64,000 nucleotides of DNA from an uncultured delta proteobacterium (GCA_963816145.1 CAWFJP010000016.1:1-64000), one strand, 5' to 3'; shown: positions 46,734-57,334, counted from the first letter of the stretch. Numbers and translations: made by a program. Notes: generated by a model from the sequence alone, not told the origin.

Positions 46734-47081
46734 TCTTCCCTCCGAATTAATTACGTTACTGCTCTAAATATTCAACGCGGCATTTTCCTAAAGACAGTTT
46801 AATCGATCGCTTTAAAAACTTCTTCGGCTAACAAAATTGACGGGGAATTAATCCGAATCCGCGTGCTGAATGGTCCTTAGGGATATACAGAATTTTACCC
46901 AAAGTCAACGAACGCTGGGGGTGCGCGCGCAGCGACCCTTCATTGGCCGACGGGCGAAATTCAGCTCCGGGATCATCGGTGCGCGGAAACTTTGCAGCGT
47001 AACTGTGACTTTACAGTTAACTAGCGGCCTGCTATCTGTGCTTGATTATCCGTGCGCCGCTTTAATTCATGAGGAGAGGCT

Positions 47082-50000
47082 ATGGCCGTAGGCGTTTCGC
47101 GTTCTAAACAAGATTGGCTCTTGCTGGTCGGGATGTTTTGTTTCTTTTTCTCGGGCGCGGCCGGCCTGATTTACCAGGTAGTCTGGACCCGGATGTTGTC
47201 GCAGATCTTCGGCCATACCACTTATGCGATCGCCACGGTGCTATCCGCCTTCATGGCAGGATTGGCCATCGGTAGCTACTGGTTCGGCAAAATCGCCGAC
47301 CGCGGCAAGAACGATTTTTTACTTTACGGCTTGTTGGAAGCCGGCGTGGGTGTCTACGGATTTCTCGTGCCGTGGTTTTTTGCCGGTGCGCAAGTAGTTT
47401 ATCGACCGATTTTTTCTCTCAATGAGAGCTACCCCTTTCTTTTCAACCTCTTCTTATTCTTTCTCTCATTTGTTTTGCTGGTGTTTCCAACCTTATTGAT
47501 GGGCGCGACATTGCCGGTGCTGAGCCGCTTTTTCGTGCGCAGCTTCGCGCAGTTTGGCCGCCGCGTCGGCGATCTGTACGCGACCAATACCTTGGGCGCG
47601 GTCATCGGCTGCGCCGCCGGCGGATTTTTCTTGATTCCGGTGTACGGCATGCGTGCCACCGTGTACGTGGCCGCCAGCGTCAACATGCTTATCGCCATCG
47701 TCATATTGATTGTCGATCGTCTGCGCGATCGAGAACCAGTGGTGGCGGAGGCTGCCGTAGAGACGGCAGCCGTAAGCCAGGAGGACAGCGCCAACGCGCC
47801 GGCGCAAGGCTCGACATATCTCGATTGGGTGCTGCTCGGTTCTTTTGCGCTTTCCGGATTTGCCTCGCTGGTCTATGAGAACGCCTGGACGCGCTCGTTG
47901 ACTATGGTCATCGGTAGCTCGATCTATTCGTTTAGCACCATGCTGGTGACTTTTCTTATCGGTTTGGCGCTCGGCGGCTTTATCTACGCGCGGGTTCTCG
48001 GCAACAAGGAGATGCGCCTGAGCACCTTCGGTCTGATCGAGCTTTGGATCGGCTTGTCGGCGCTGGCGACCATCCCGTTGTTCGAGCGGCTGCCGTTGAT
48101 CTTCGTTCGATTGCTGCAAGGCTTCGGCGATACCTTTACGGTTTTTCTTTATTTGCAAATCTTTCTGTCGGCGCTAGTGATGTTCGTTCCGACCATTCTA
48201 TTGGGCATGACATTTCCGCTGGTGGCGCGACTCTTCACTCAAAGCTTATACCGCGTCGGCAGCGGCGTCGGCAGTTCCTATGCGGCCAACACGGTGGGTG
48301 CGGTACTCGGCGCCTTCGCCGGCGGTTTCATTCTGATTCCCAATTTCGGTGTGCAGAATGCGATCATCTTCGGCGTGGTACTGAACTTGGTTGTTGGTTG
48401 CTGGCTGATTGTGAGCGACGCCCGGCTATCGTTCGTGCCGCGTTACGCTCTTGGGCTCGCGGTCTTGGTTCTGGCGGCGATCGTGCCGTTCAAGGTCAAG
48501 CGCTGGGATCCCAACGTATTGACCAGCGGCGTGACGATTTACAACGATCGCTACGAAGCGCTGCCGAGCGACTCCTTGCGGATCGAAGAGATGAAGCGCG
48601 ACGATGTGCTGTTTTACCGCGAGGGACTGACGACCACAGTCAGTGTCCACAAGATCCTCGGCAGCGATTACCTGTACTTTAAATCCAACGGCAAGATCGA
48701 CGGTTCCTACGGCGATGCGCTGAGCCAGTTGATGACCAGCTACATCGCCATGATGTTGCATCCGAAGGCCGAGACCGCGCTGACGATTGGCTTGGGCAGC
48801 GGCATGTCAGCCAAGGCGTTGGCAACCTTCAAGTCTCTCAAATCCATCGAAGTCATCGAGATCGAGCCGGCGATGATCCAGGCGAGTAAGTTTTTTGACC
48901 GGCAGTCGGTGCGCGTCGACAAATTCCCGGCGGGGGTAAGTTTTCCCGCCGACGATAGCAAAGGGCGGGTGTGGTACAACGCGGCGGAAAAGCGCCTCTA
49001 TTATAAAGGCGTCATGACCGATGCCGAGCGCACCGAGTTGATGAATCGCTCGGAGGACAAAGACTATCGCGGCATGATCGACCGGCTCTACCGCAACGCC
49101 CGCCACTCGCGCCACTCGAGCGTGTTGGAAGACAAGCGGGTACGAGTGATCCCCACCGACGGCCGCAACTATATATTGGCGACGCCGGAATACTACGACG
49201 TTATCACCGCCGAGCCGTCCAATCCGTGGATCGCCGGCATCGCCAATCTTTATACCCGCGAGTTTTACCAAGTTGTCAAATCCAAGATCAAAGAGGATGG
49301 TATATTCGCCCAGTGGTTCCACAACTATTCGATGTCGCCGGACGATTTCCGCATGGTTTTTCGCACCTTCGCTGAAGCGTTTCCCCATGTCTCGTTGTGG
49401 AGTATGAAGGAAAGCGACTTCCTGCTGGTCGGCAGCAAAAAAGAGCAGAAGTTTGACTATCCTGCCGTCAAAGCGATTTTCGACAGCAATGAAATGTTGC
49501 GCTCGGATTTCCAATATTTGGGACTGTCGGATGTTTATGCCGTCCAGGGTTTCTACCGCATGGGCAAGGACGGCTTTTTGGCATTTTCAAAAGGCGCGCG
49601 GATCAATACCGACGACGGCGCGCAATTGGAGTTTTCTGCGCCCAAGAACTTGCGCCGTGCGACCACCGAACTCAACCGCCGGATCATGACGCCGTTTCTC
49701 GTGGATAGTCCGCCCTGGCTGAAAAACGGGCCCTTGCCGGTTTCTCAAGCGATGCATCATTTTTATCTGGCGCAATCCTACGCGGCAAGCGTGGCGCGTA
49801 ACCGCGCTTTGACCGAGCTCGAAGAGGCGATCCGTTTGGAACCGAAGAACGCCAAGTTTCAATTGCTGAAAATGAAGATCCTGCTGGAGCAGGACAAGAG
49901 CTCCGAGGGCGCGCAGGCGGCGTTCAAGGCGCTGGAACAAGGCGCCGAATATATTCCCGACGTGCTGGCCATGAGCGATGAGTTTTATCTGCCCGACGCT

Positions 50001-50528
50001 AAAGTGGTTTATAAAAAAATTATCGACATGGGTACTAAAGAGGTATTGCCGTACTTGGGGCTCGGTAATATCGCGTTGCACTCGGGGGATCTCGCCGAAG
50101 CCGAGAAATGGTTTATCCCGGCGCGTGAGTTGCAGCCGGAACATCCGGCAGTCTTGTTGGCCTGGGGCCGGCTTTCTGCCGCCAAGGGCAATCGCATCAC
50201 TGACTCAGCGCAAGCGAAGAAGGAGTTTCAGGAAGCGCGACAGCTGCTCGAGTCGGCGAAAACCAAGGGCGAAGAATCGGCAACCATCTTTACCGAGCTG
50301 GGCGGCGTTTACACTAAGCTCTCCATGTGGGACAAGGCCGCGGAGAATTATGAAGTCGCCCTGCGCATGCGCCGGCGCCGCAACGATTTGCGCATGGAGC
50401 TTGGTAAGTCCTATGCCAAGCTCGGCAGGACCGCTGAGGCTGAGCGCAAATTCCGCGAGGTGTTAGCGTTCAGCCCCGACGACGCCGAGGCTTGGCGCGA
50501 GTTGCAGATGCTTGGTAAATCTTATTGA
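47082..50528 (+). CDS. Fused multi-TM / spermidine synthase-like SAM domain / TPR protein
   Basis: Duplicated SG...L.Y...W.R TM units, YATNTLGA, IGLGSG, IEIEP, DGRN, EPSNPW, C-terminal TPRs. Confidence 0.88.
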   Translation: MAVGVSRSKQDWLLLVGMFCFFFSGAAGLIYQVVWTRMLSQIFGHTTYAIATVLSAFMAGLAIGSYWFGKIADRGKNDFLLYGLLEAGVGVYGFLVPWFFAGAQVVYRPIFSLNESYPFLFNLFLFFLSFVLLVFPTLLMGATLPVLSRFFVRSFAQFGRRVGDLYATNTLGAVIGCAAGGFFLIPVYGMRATVYVAASVNMLIAIVILIVDRLRDREPVVAEAAVETAAVSQEDSANAPAQGSTYLDWVLLGSFALSGFASLVYENAWTRSLTMVIGSSIYSFSTMLVTFLIGLALGGFIYARVLGNKEMRLSTFGLIELWIGLSALATIPLFERLPLIFVRLLQGFGDTFTVFLYLQIFLSALVMFVPTILLGMTFPLVARLFTQSLYRVGSGVGSSYAANTVGAVLGAFAGGFILIPNFGVQNAIIFGVVLNLVVGCWLIVSDARLSFVPRYALGLAVLVLAAIVPFKVKRWDPNVLTSGVTIYNDRYEALPSDSLRIEEMKRDDVLFYREGLTTTVSVHKILGSDYLYFKSNGKIDGSYGDALSQLMTSYIAMMLHPKAETALTIGLGSGMSAKALATFKSLKSIEVIEIEPAMIQASKFFDRQSVRVDKFPAGVSFPADDSKGRVWYNAAEKRLYYKGVMTDAERTELMNRSEDKDYRGMIDRLYRNARHSRHSSVLEDKRVRVIPTDGRNYILATPEYYDVITAEPSNPWIAGIANLYTREFYQVVKSKIKEDGIFAQWFHNYSMSPDDFRMVFRTFAEAFPHVSLWSMKESDFLLVGSKKEQKFDYPAVKAIFDSNEMLRSDFQYLGLSDVYAVQGFYRMGKDGFLAFSKGARINTDDGAQLEFSAPKNLRRATTELNRRIMTPFLVDSPPWLKNGPLPVSQAMHHFYLAQSYAASVARNRALTELEEAIRLEPKNAKFQLLKMKILLEQDKSSEGAQAAFKALEQGAEYIPDVLAMSDEFYLPDAKVVYKKIIDMGTKEVLPYLGLGNIALHSGDLAEAEKWFIPARELQPEHPAVLLAWGRLSAAKGNRITDSAQAKKEFQEARQLLESAKTKGEESATIFTELGGVYTKLSMWDKAAENYEVALRMRRRRNDLRMELGKSYAKLGRTAEAERKFREVLAFSPDDAEAWRELQMLGKSY

Positions 50529-50661
50529 GTGTCTGACGAGCGCGAATCACCACGAAGGACACGAAGAGCACGAAGTTCGGAGACTTAGCCGCAAAGAACG
50601 CGACCTTGGGCGGGTAGGGCGCCGCCCCGTTGGTTGCCCTCTTTCCGTCAGTTATTATTCT

Positions 50662-50701
50662 ACGCAAGGCCGCCGCACTAATGCGGCGGCCTTGCGTTTT
50701 T
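50662..50701 (+). terminator. Rho-independent terminator
   Basis: acgcaaggccgccgca-ctaa-tgcggcggccttgcgt followed by a T-run. Confidence 0.75.
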
Positions 50702-50779
50702 CGTCGCCGGCGCGCCTTTGAAGTTCCTGCTCTGAGCGTTTATGCTGCGGCCACGTCTTATGAACCCAGGAGGCTGCCA

Positions 50780-51592
50780 GTGTTGAAGGAAAAAATCGGC
50801 GTAATTGGCGCAGGAAAGATCGGCGCGGCAATCATGCGTGGTATCGTCCGGTCCGGCTTGGCCGGCAAAGACCAAGTGATGGCTAGCGATGTCAGCGAGC
50901 AACTGCGCGATGCCGTCGTGAAAGAACTCGCCATCAATGCCACGCCTGACAATGGCGTGCTCTGCAATTTCGCCGACATTGTCATCCTTGCGGTTAAGCC
51001 GCAGATCGTCGACCCGGTCGCGAAAGAGATCGCTAAGAAGCTCGGCAGCAAAAAGCTCTTGGTTTCCGTGGCTGCGGGCGTGCCGATTGCGCGTATCGAG
51101 GCTAGTTTGGAAGAAGGCGCGCGGGTGGTGCGCGTGATGCCGAACATCGCTTGTGTCGCCGGCGCCGGCGCGGCGGGATTCGCCGGTGGCTCGAGCACCG
51201 CTGCGGACGATCTGGAAAAGGTCGGCGCAATCCTCAACAGCTTTGGCGTCGGTATGCTGGTTGAAGAGAAGTATTTGGATGCAGTTACCGGGCTCAGTGG
51301 CAGCGGTCCGGCTTACGTTTTACTTTTCATGGAAGCGCTGGCTGACGGCGGCGTCCAGGTCGGCTTGGCTCGTGATGTCGCGCTCAAGCTCGCCATGCAG
51401 ACGGTCTACGGCGCCGCCAAGATGGCGTTGGAAAGCAATAAACATCTGGGCGAACTCAAAGACGAAGTCACTTCACCCGGCGGCACCACCATCGCCGGAC
51501 TCTACGCCATGGAGCAAAAGGGCTTCCACGGCATTGTCATGGATGCGGTGGTCAGTGCCACAAGAAGGTCGCAGGAGTTGGGAAAAGGTTAG
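50780..51592 (+). CDS. proC: Pyrroline-5-carboxylate reductase
   Basis: IGAG, LAVKPQ, RVMPN, LSGSGPAY, VTSPGGTT; AGGAGG RBS. Confidence 0.96.
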   Translation: MLKEKIGVIGAGKIGAAIMRGIVRSGLAGKDQVMASDVSEQLRDAVVKELAINATPDNGVLCNFADIVILAVKPQIVDPVAKEIAKKLGSKKLLVSVAAGVPIARIEASLEEGARVVRVMPNIACVAGAGAAGFAGGSSTAADDLEKVGAILNSFGVGMLVEEKYLDAVTGLSGSGPAYVLLFMEALADGGVQVGLARDVALKLAMQTVYGAAKMALESNKHLGELKDEVTSPGGTTIAGLYAMEQKGFHGIVMDAVVSATRRSQELGKG

Positions 51593-51682
51593 GAGTTAAA
51601 AAGGCAAAAGGAAAAAGGCAAAACTTAGGTTTGGCCGTTCCGCCCATTGGTGGATAATCGATCTTTTTTTGATGGTTTTTCT

Positions 51683-52234
51683 TTAGCGATCCTTCCAGCG
51701 TTCGACATCGCGCTTGTCGACGTAGCCCGGCTTGCCGCCTTTAATCGATTCGACTCTCAACCAATCGCCCTCGGAGCGGATGACATTGACTTTGATGTCC
51801 GCTGGGAGCCGGGTTACGACCTGTGAATTGGCACTGGGTGTTTCACGCAGGTCGATCTCGCGCAACGTGCGATAGGCGCCGGCGACCGAGGCGTATGGGG
51901 GGGTGGCTGCGGGAGCGGCGGCTGGCGCTGTCGCCGAGGCGGCTGCGGGGCGGGCGAACTGCTCGTCGACATAGCCCGGTTTGCCGCCATGTTTCGACTC
52001 GACTTTTAGCCAGTACCCTTCTTTGCCAACTACGTTGATCTGAATCCCCTTGGGCAGCGTGGTAACAACCTTGTGAAAGTTTCCTGGGCCTTCGCGCAGC
52101 GGCACGTCTGCCGTGGTTTCATAGGTGCCTTTGATTTGCTGCGCATTAGCCTGGGGGCAAATCATCATTCCGCTCAGCGCAGCGACAAGAGCAATTAAGG
52201 CAGTACCGACGCGGCCGCCAAATCTGATAGTCAT
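51683..52234 (-). CDS. Exported protein with two bacterial SH3 domains
   Basis: Two LRE.P...VVT.LP..I..NV...EG.WL.VES..GGKPGYVD repeats, Ala/Pro linker. Confidence 0.85.
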   Translation of the reverse strand: MTIRFGGRVGTALIALVAALSGMMICPQANAQQIKGTYETTADVPLREGPGNFHKVVTTLPKGIQINVVGKEGYWLKVESKHGGKPGYVDEQFARPAAASATAPAAAPAATPPYASVAGAYRTLREIDLRETPSANSQVVTRLPADIKVNVIRSEGDWLRVESIKGGKPGYVDKRDVERWKDR

Positions 52235-52277
52235 AGCCACCCTTCGAATTCCCTTAGACTTTCCAAGAGCCGATACG

Positions 52278-52856
52278 TTACTTTTTCTTCCAGTTGCGCT
52301 CGCCGTCCTGGATCCACCAGCCCGGGCGGGCTTGATCGAGCCAGCTTCTGGCGAAAATACTTTTGATCTTTGGGACGTTATCAGCGGGAATATTGTTCGC
52401 CTTGGCGATCTCGACGTAGAGATTCTCGCGATCGCGGTTCTCGGCATCGACCAATTGTTTAATTTCAGCCCGTTCTTTTAAATTAAGCCCATCGGTGTTG
52501 CGGATCGCCAGCAGGCCGTCCGCGGCGATGCCTATGTTGCCGCGATCCATGAACGGTTTGATCGCTTCGCTGCGCGCCTTGATCGAGTCTTTGATCGCGC
52601 GGATCGCCGGATTGGACACGTTAATGTCGGCTTCTTGGGCGTGGGCTTCGCTGACAAGACTCAGGCTTACCAACTGCCAAGGCGAAAATCGATTGTGACC
52701 TTGCGGTGCCGGCGGCGCTGATTTTGACGGTTCGCCCCAAGTTTCTTTGACGATCTGATCGGCGGCGCGCTCGACCGCGGCGGCGGGAAAGTAAATGTTT
52801 ACCGTCACGCAAGCGCTGACGAAAAAGGCTAGGACAAAAGTGGTGCGTTTTAGCAT
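52278..52856 (-). CDS. YdbL/DUF1318 family lipoprotein
   Basis: Lipobox VSAC, VTVNIYFP, AEN.DR..LY.EIA, W...A.PGWWIQ. Confidence 0.8.
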   Translation of the reverse strand: MLKRTTFVLAFFVSACVTVNIYFPAAAVERAADQIVKETWGEPSKSAPPAPQGHNRFSPWQLVSLSLVSEAHAQEADINVSNPAIRAIKDSIKARSEAIKPFMDRGNIGIAADGLLAIRNTDGLNLKERAEIKQLVDAENRDRENLYVEIAKANNIPADNVPKIKSIFARSWLDQARPGWWIQDGERNWKKK

Positions 52857-52868
52857 GATTCCTCCAGG

Positions 52869-55772
52869 TTATTTGATTGCGGGCTTGTCGGTACTGATCC
52901 GTTGCAAGCGGCGCAGAAGTTCCGAGAAGGCGATTTCTTGAGTGTGGCTGACGATGTTCACCGTCGGCGGCAAAAAGCTGCCCACGACAAGCAATTCCTT
53001 GTCGCCTTGGGACTCCACTCCGCGTAGGGTTAGACGATCATTTCTCAAAGTTGCTTTGAATCCCAGCTTGCTGTAGCGAAAACTATCGAAGAAGCCGGCG
53101 AGTCCGCCGTACAATGCTCCGGCGTCCTGGCCGGAGCTGAGCACCGTTATCTTATTCAACGCGTCGACGCTGATGCGTTGATCAATTCCGCTGCGCTCCA
53201 CCGAATGCAAGTCGGCGCGCAATTGCGCCGGCTGGCCGTCGGTGATGACAAGATCGTCGATACTCCCTTCCAAAATGCCTGAGATTCGGCCGAATGCAAA
53301 GGTTTTGGACAGTTGTTCGAGTTGGATCGATTCCAGCTTGGCGCTCATCTTGATCGATGCCAGAGCGGAAAATGGATTCTCAATCTCCAGTTTGCTGAGA
53401 CGCAGCCGTCCGCCAAATAGTTCTGCCTGGATCTCGCCGTGGGTGCGTAGAATGTTGCCGGTGGACTCGACTTCGGGGATGGCGCCGTTCAATTGGCCGC
53501 TAAAGCGCGGCCAATTGAACGCCTCGGTCAGATCTTGCAGCTGCAACCGCTTGGTGTCGGCGGAAAACGTTAAGGCCTTGGGATTGCGGATGACATCGGG
53601 CCAGGCGAGGTCACGCAGCTCGATCTCGCCGCCAAATAGAGAGAGACGCAGCGGCTGATGCAGTCGCAGAGCGTTGTTGGTCAGCGAAACGGTCGTTGTC
53701 ATCGGCGCGAGGTGTTGATTGCCAAAACGCGCGCGTTCGATGGACAGCGAGCCGAGCGCGGCTGGGGCCGCGTTCCGACCGAGGCGATCGTCGAGGCTGA
53801 TGTGAAACGGCAACTCTAGGTTGATGGCGCCGATCTGCCAATCATTGGATTTCGCGGCGATCGCGCCATTTTTTACCGCGAGATTACCGCTCAGAACCAG
53901 CTGATCGGGGGCGCCATCGAGCTGCAATTGCATCGCCATCTGGCCGCTCACTGCGAGCTTGTCGAGCAGTGGATACTGCCGGTTGTAAGTCTCCCGCAGG
54001 AAGAAATCGAAAAAACCCGCCGGCGACAGGTTGTCGCTGCGCGCTTGCAGACGGAGCTGCGGCGTTTGAGTGATCTTCTCGATGCTGCCGGCAAGGTTTA
54101 CCTGGCCGACGGTGGCGAGGGCGAGGTCGCATCGGCGGCACTGTAGGCGGTCATTGTCGCGCGTGTACTCGGCGTCGATCAGCAATGCCGGTTTTTGTGC
54201 CTTGAGGTCGCCAAAGAACTTGCCCCACAACAGCTCGCCGCTGGTGACGGTTAGCTTGGCGACCATCACCGTGGCTTGCCGTTGGGTTTGGGCAGTTATT
54301 TCCACGGTGCCATCGAGCTCCAAGCCTTCGGCAACTTTGGTGCTGTCGGCCGAAGCATATTGGCCGCCGGTCAACTTGACCTGCGCCGTAACCATGCGCG
54401 GCTTATTTGAGTCGTAGCTGATGGCGCCGATTTCAGCCTGCGCGACAGCGCTTTTGAGTTTGTCAGTTCCTTCAAATGAGAACTTCTTCCCGTCGATCCG
54501 GCCGCTTTGAATCACCAGTTGGCCATTGGCCCAGCGAAACGGCGCTCTAAGCGCAAGACTTGCCAGGGCGAAATTCGCACCGCGCACTTGGGCATCGTCG
54601 CTACGCGCGAGGCCGTCGATTTCCACGGCCTTCCATGGGCCGCGCAGTTTCATTTCCAACTCGCCTTGGCCTTGAAAGGTCCACTCATTGAGCGGCGTCG
54701 GCAGGAGCTTTATCACCGTCTGCCAATCGAGATTGCGCGCGACGATGCGGCCATCGTTGATGCTCGCCACGGGTGTGAACGCTAGGTTGGCAATAGCTTC
54801 GGCGCTGCCCAGATGCGAGCGCAGAGTCAGCGCCTTGATCGCGACGGATTTATCAGTAACGGAAAATGCGCCGTTTGCCTTTGCCACCGCCTGACCATCG
54901 CTTACTTGCAGCACCACTGGACTGATGCTGTTGGGAAAGCCGTTAAGGCCAAGCTCGCTTGAGAAGCTCCCGGCAGTGAAATTTTTCTCCAGCGCGGCAG
55001 TGGTTTTTAGTTGGCCGGTGATTTTCTTGGCGCCTAATTTGAGCTGGTTGAATTCTAGGTCGACCTCGAGCGTCGGCTCTTGCCCGGGCGGAATGCGCAG
55101 CGCCGCATCGGCTTTCACAATTGGCTGGGCATTCGTGACGACGCTTCGGCCAAGCAGCCCGGCGGTTGTTTTCGCATTCACTATTGCGTGCAGCGAGAAC
55201 TCGCTGTTTCGACGTTCGATCGCGATATCGGCGATACCATCGAGCGGAGGGATTTCCGCGCGCAATGCGACGCCGGTTTGGCCGCCCAAGTTGATATTTT
55301 GCGCCTCGAGATTGATCGCTGGAATTTCGATTCTATTACCATCTTCGGTTGTGATCATCGCCCGGCCGTCGGTTACATTCAGATTGCGCAGGGAAAGGGT
55401 GATTTCGCTCTTAGGTTGGGATTTTAGAAGCTCGGCCAAATCGAGTTCTAATACCGGCTGCTCGACGTCAAGCCGATGGATGGTTTTTGAAAAGATATCC
55501 AACGGTGTGACGGTAACGCTGAATTTGGCCGCGGACAAAATTCGTTTGCCATCTTTAGCGGCGCTAACGCCGCTAGCAACCAGTCGGAGCGGCAGGCTCA
55601 ACCTCAGGTTGTCCATGCCGATGGCGTACCCCGTACGTTGTGAAAGTTCGGTCTCCAACCACCGGCGAAAGCCGTCGGAGTTCACGCCGACATAAAGCGC
55701 AGTGGCGCCGACGAATAAGCCAGCAGCAAGAACTGAGAATATCATAACGATTCTGCGGGCTGGCCTTGCCAT
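52869..55772 (-). CDS. YdbH/AsmA-like intermembrane lipid-transport protein
   Basis: N-terminal TM anchor, long beta-rich body, C-terminal F.YSKLGF...LRND; directly upstream of the ydbL-like gene. Confidence 0.72.
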   Translation of the reverse strand: MARPARRIVMIFSVLAAGLFVGATALYVGVNSDGFRRWLETELSQRTGYAIGMDNLRLSLPLRLVASGVSAAKDGKRILSAAKFSVTVTPLDIFSKTIHRLDVEQPVLELDLAELLKSQPKSEITLSLRNLNVTDGRAMITTEDGNRIEIPAINLEAQNINLGGQTGVALRAEIPPLDGIADIAIERRNSEFSLHAIVNAKTTAGLLGRSVVTNAQPIVKADAALRIPPGQEPTLEVDLEFNQLKLGAKKITGQLKTTAALEKNFTAGSFSSELGLNGFPNSISPVVLQVSDGQAVAKANGAFSVTDKSVAIKALTLRSHLGSAEAIANLAFTPVASINDGRIVARNLDWQTVIKLLPTPLNEWTFQGQGELEMKLRGPWKAVEIDGLARSDDAQVRGANFALASLALRAPFRWANGQLVIQSGRIDGKKFSFEGTDKLKSAVAQAEIGAISYDSNKPRMVTAQVKLTGGQYASADSTKVAEGLELDGTVEITAQTQRQATVMVAKLTVTSGELLWGKFFGDLKAQKPALLIDAEYTRDNDRLQCRRCDLALATVGQVNLAGSIEKITQTPQLRLQARSDNLSPAGFFDFFLRETYNRQYPLLDKLAVSGQMAMQLQLDGAPDQLVLSGNLAVKNGAIAAKSNDWQIGAINLELPFHISLDDRLGRNAAPAALGSLSIERARFGNQHLAPMTTTVSLTNNALRLHQPLRLSLFGGEIELRDLAWPDVIRNPKALTFSADTKRLQLQDLTEAFNWPRFSGQLNGAIPEVESTGNILRTHGEIQAELFGGRLRLSKLEIENPFSALASIKMSAKLESIQLEQLSKTFAFGRISGILEGSIDDLVITDGQPAQLRADLHSVERSGIDQRISVDALNKITVLSSGQDAGALYGGLAGFFDSFRYSKLGFKATLRNDRLTLRGVESQGDKELLVVGSFLPPTVNIVSHTQEIAFSELLRRLQRISTDKPAIK

Positions 55773-56057
55773 GTTTATTGGTACACTCATCGACGAACCG
55801 CGGTTCCCGGCGGCTAAATCTCAGTTCGTCGGGGGATCGCGCTGGGTTCGCATGAGAACGAGCGGCTAGTTTAGATTGTCCACGACAGAATAGTGTTTTG
55901 CAATTTGACGGGAGGTTTTTCTTTGGCATATAAGCGACTTCGTCCGGCAGGCGGTAGGTTTGGATGGTCGATTGTCGGTTGGTAATTTTAACGCCGGGAC
56001 GGAGCAACGAAGGGAGAATGGCGCATCGTTGCGGTTCAACTTTTCGAGGAGGCGAGC

Positions 56058-56225
56058 ATGATTCAAGAATTTAAAGATTTCATTCAAAGAGGGAACGTCG
56101 TGGACCTTGCCGTCGGTGTCGTAATCGGCGGCGCCTTCGGCAAGATCGTCGCGTCGTTTGTCGAGGATGTGCTGATGCCGCCCATCGGCTTGATGCTTGG
56201 CGGCGGGGATTTCTCGAATCGGTAA
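56058..56225 (+). pseudogene. mscL: Truncated 5' copy of mscL (55 codons)
   Basis: Near-identical to 58534-58695, then diverges and stops. Confidence 0.88.
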
Positions 56226-56335
56226 GGAAAGTCTGGAAGTAAAGGTCTAACTCTATTTCCTGCTATTTTTTGTTTCTTCGCCCTCTTGACTCCCGACCCT
56301 TGTTTTTGCCTCGATTGGAAATCGCCTAGATCTAT

Positions 56336-57334
56336 TCATTTCTTCAATAGAAATCGCCGTTCGGGAGGTGTTCCAGCCCCGTAACTAATCCGTTCCAAAG
56401 GAGGAACTGTAACAGCACTGCAAACTTTGTGAACATGATATATCTCAACGGGTGGTTTCCAGTCCGTTCGTAATTCGCAACTAACTTCCACACAACTAAT
56501 ACTTTTAAGCCAGGAGCAAACCTTTACTTCGGAACCATCGGCAGTTGTGATTTCAGTCAGGTAGGGTGAGTTCTCGTAGTACGGTTTATTCGTTCCACCT
56601 TCCGACTTTACATCTTGTAAAAGTGTATAAAAGCTACCTTTCAAATCCAAAAGCTGAAGGACTTTGTCCATAAATGAGGAAAGTTGGTCAGTGTATGAAA
56701 ACCCGCCGAGTAAATCGGTGATGACCTGAAATTTTCCTAGAACATCTATCGAATAGTCTCGCATGCGTTTGTTGAAAAAATATTGTATTTGATTCGTTTC
56801 AAGGCCTGCGGCTGTTGAGTACCATAGGGGTTGCCTACGGTCCTCTACGGAGACCGCGACTGCTCGTGCTTTTGTGCCGCGTCGCTCCGGGATCTGCGAG
56901 TTCCCTAGAACGTCGCTTCGATTGTAATAGTCCAATATAGCTTGGCCTTCTCCTGCTCCAATATCCAGCCATCGGTCGTTCGGACCAAGTTTTGCCAGCG
57001 CGCGACCGAACCCCGGCGGCAGCGCGTCTATATAGTCTGAAAGAGTTCTACTGATGACATAACCCTCAGGTCTTTTTTCTCCCTCGCTCTTTAAAATCCC
57101 TTCTTGTTTTAACATCTCTTCATCAATTTTGGGGCCGCTTATATCTGCGGAACAGGATGTCCCCAACCACAGGGTCTGTAATAGGAGTAGGACAAACATG
57201 CGTATTCCAGGAGTTTTCATTCCAGCCTCTTTTTCCGGATCAACAAGCGGGTGCGCAAGGCGGCGTCCGGGTTTCTTGCCGCACAGTAAAATAAGTATTA
57301 GGTCAGGTAAACGAATGTTGGTCAATAATTGCAA
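56336..57334 (-). CDS. Exported class I SAM-methyltransferase-like protein (start probably nearer 57220)
   Basis: WLDIGAGEG motif, hydrophobic signal ending LGTSC, visibly AT-richer DNA. Confidence 0.65.
   Translation of the reverse strand: MQLLTNIRLPDLILILLCGKKPGRRLAHPLVDPEKEAGMKTPGIRMFVLLLLQTLWLGTSCSADISGPKIDEEMLKQEGILKSEGEKRPEGYVISRTLSDYIDALPPGFGRALAKLGPNDRWLDIGAGEGQAILDYYNRSDVLGNSQIPERRGTKARAVAVSVEDRRQPLWYSTAAGLETNQIQYFFNKRMRDYSIDVLGKFQVITDLLGGFSYTDQLSSFMDKVLQLLDLKGSFYTLLQDVKSEGGTNKPYYENSPYLTEITTADGSEVKVCSWLKSISCVEVSCELRTDWKPPVEIYHVHKVCSAVTVPPLERISYGAGTPPERRFLLKK

Noticed and set aside
47082-50528. Assigning speE (true spermidine synthase)
   Set aside because: The membrane and TPR fusion and the altered motifs place it in the uncharacterised SpeE-like group.
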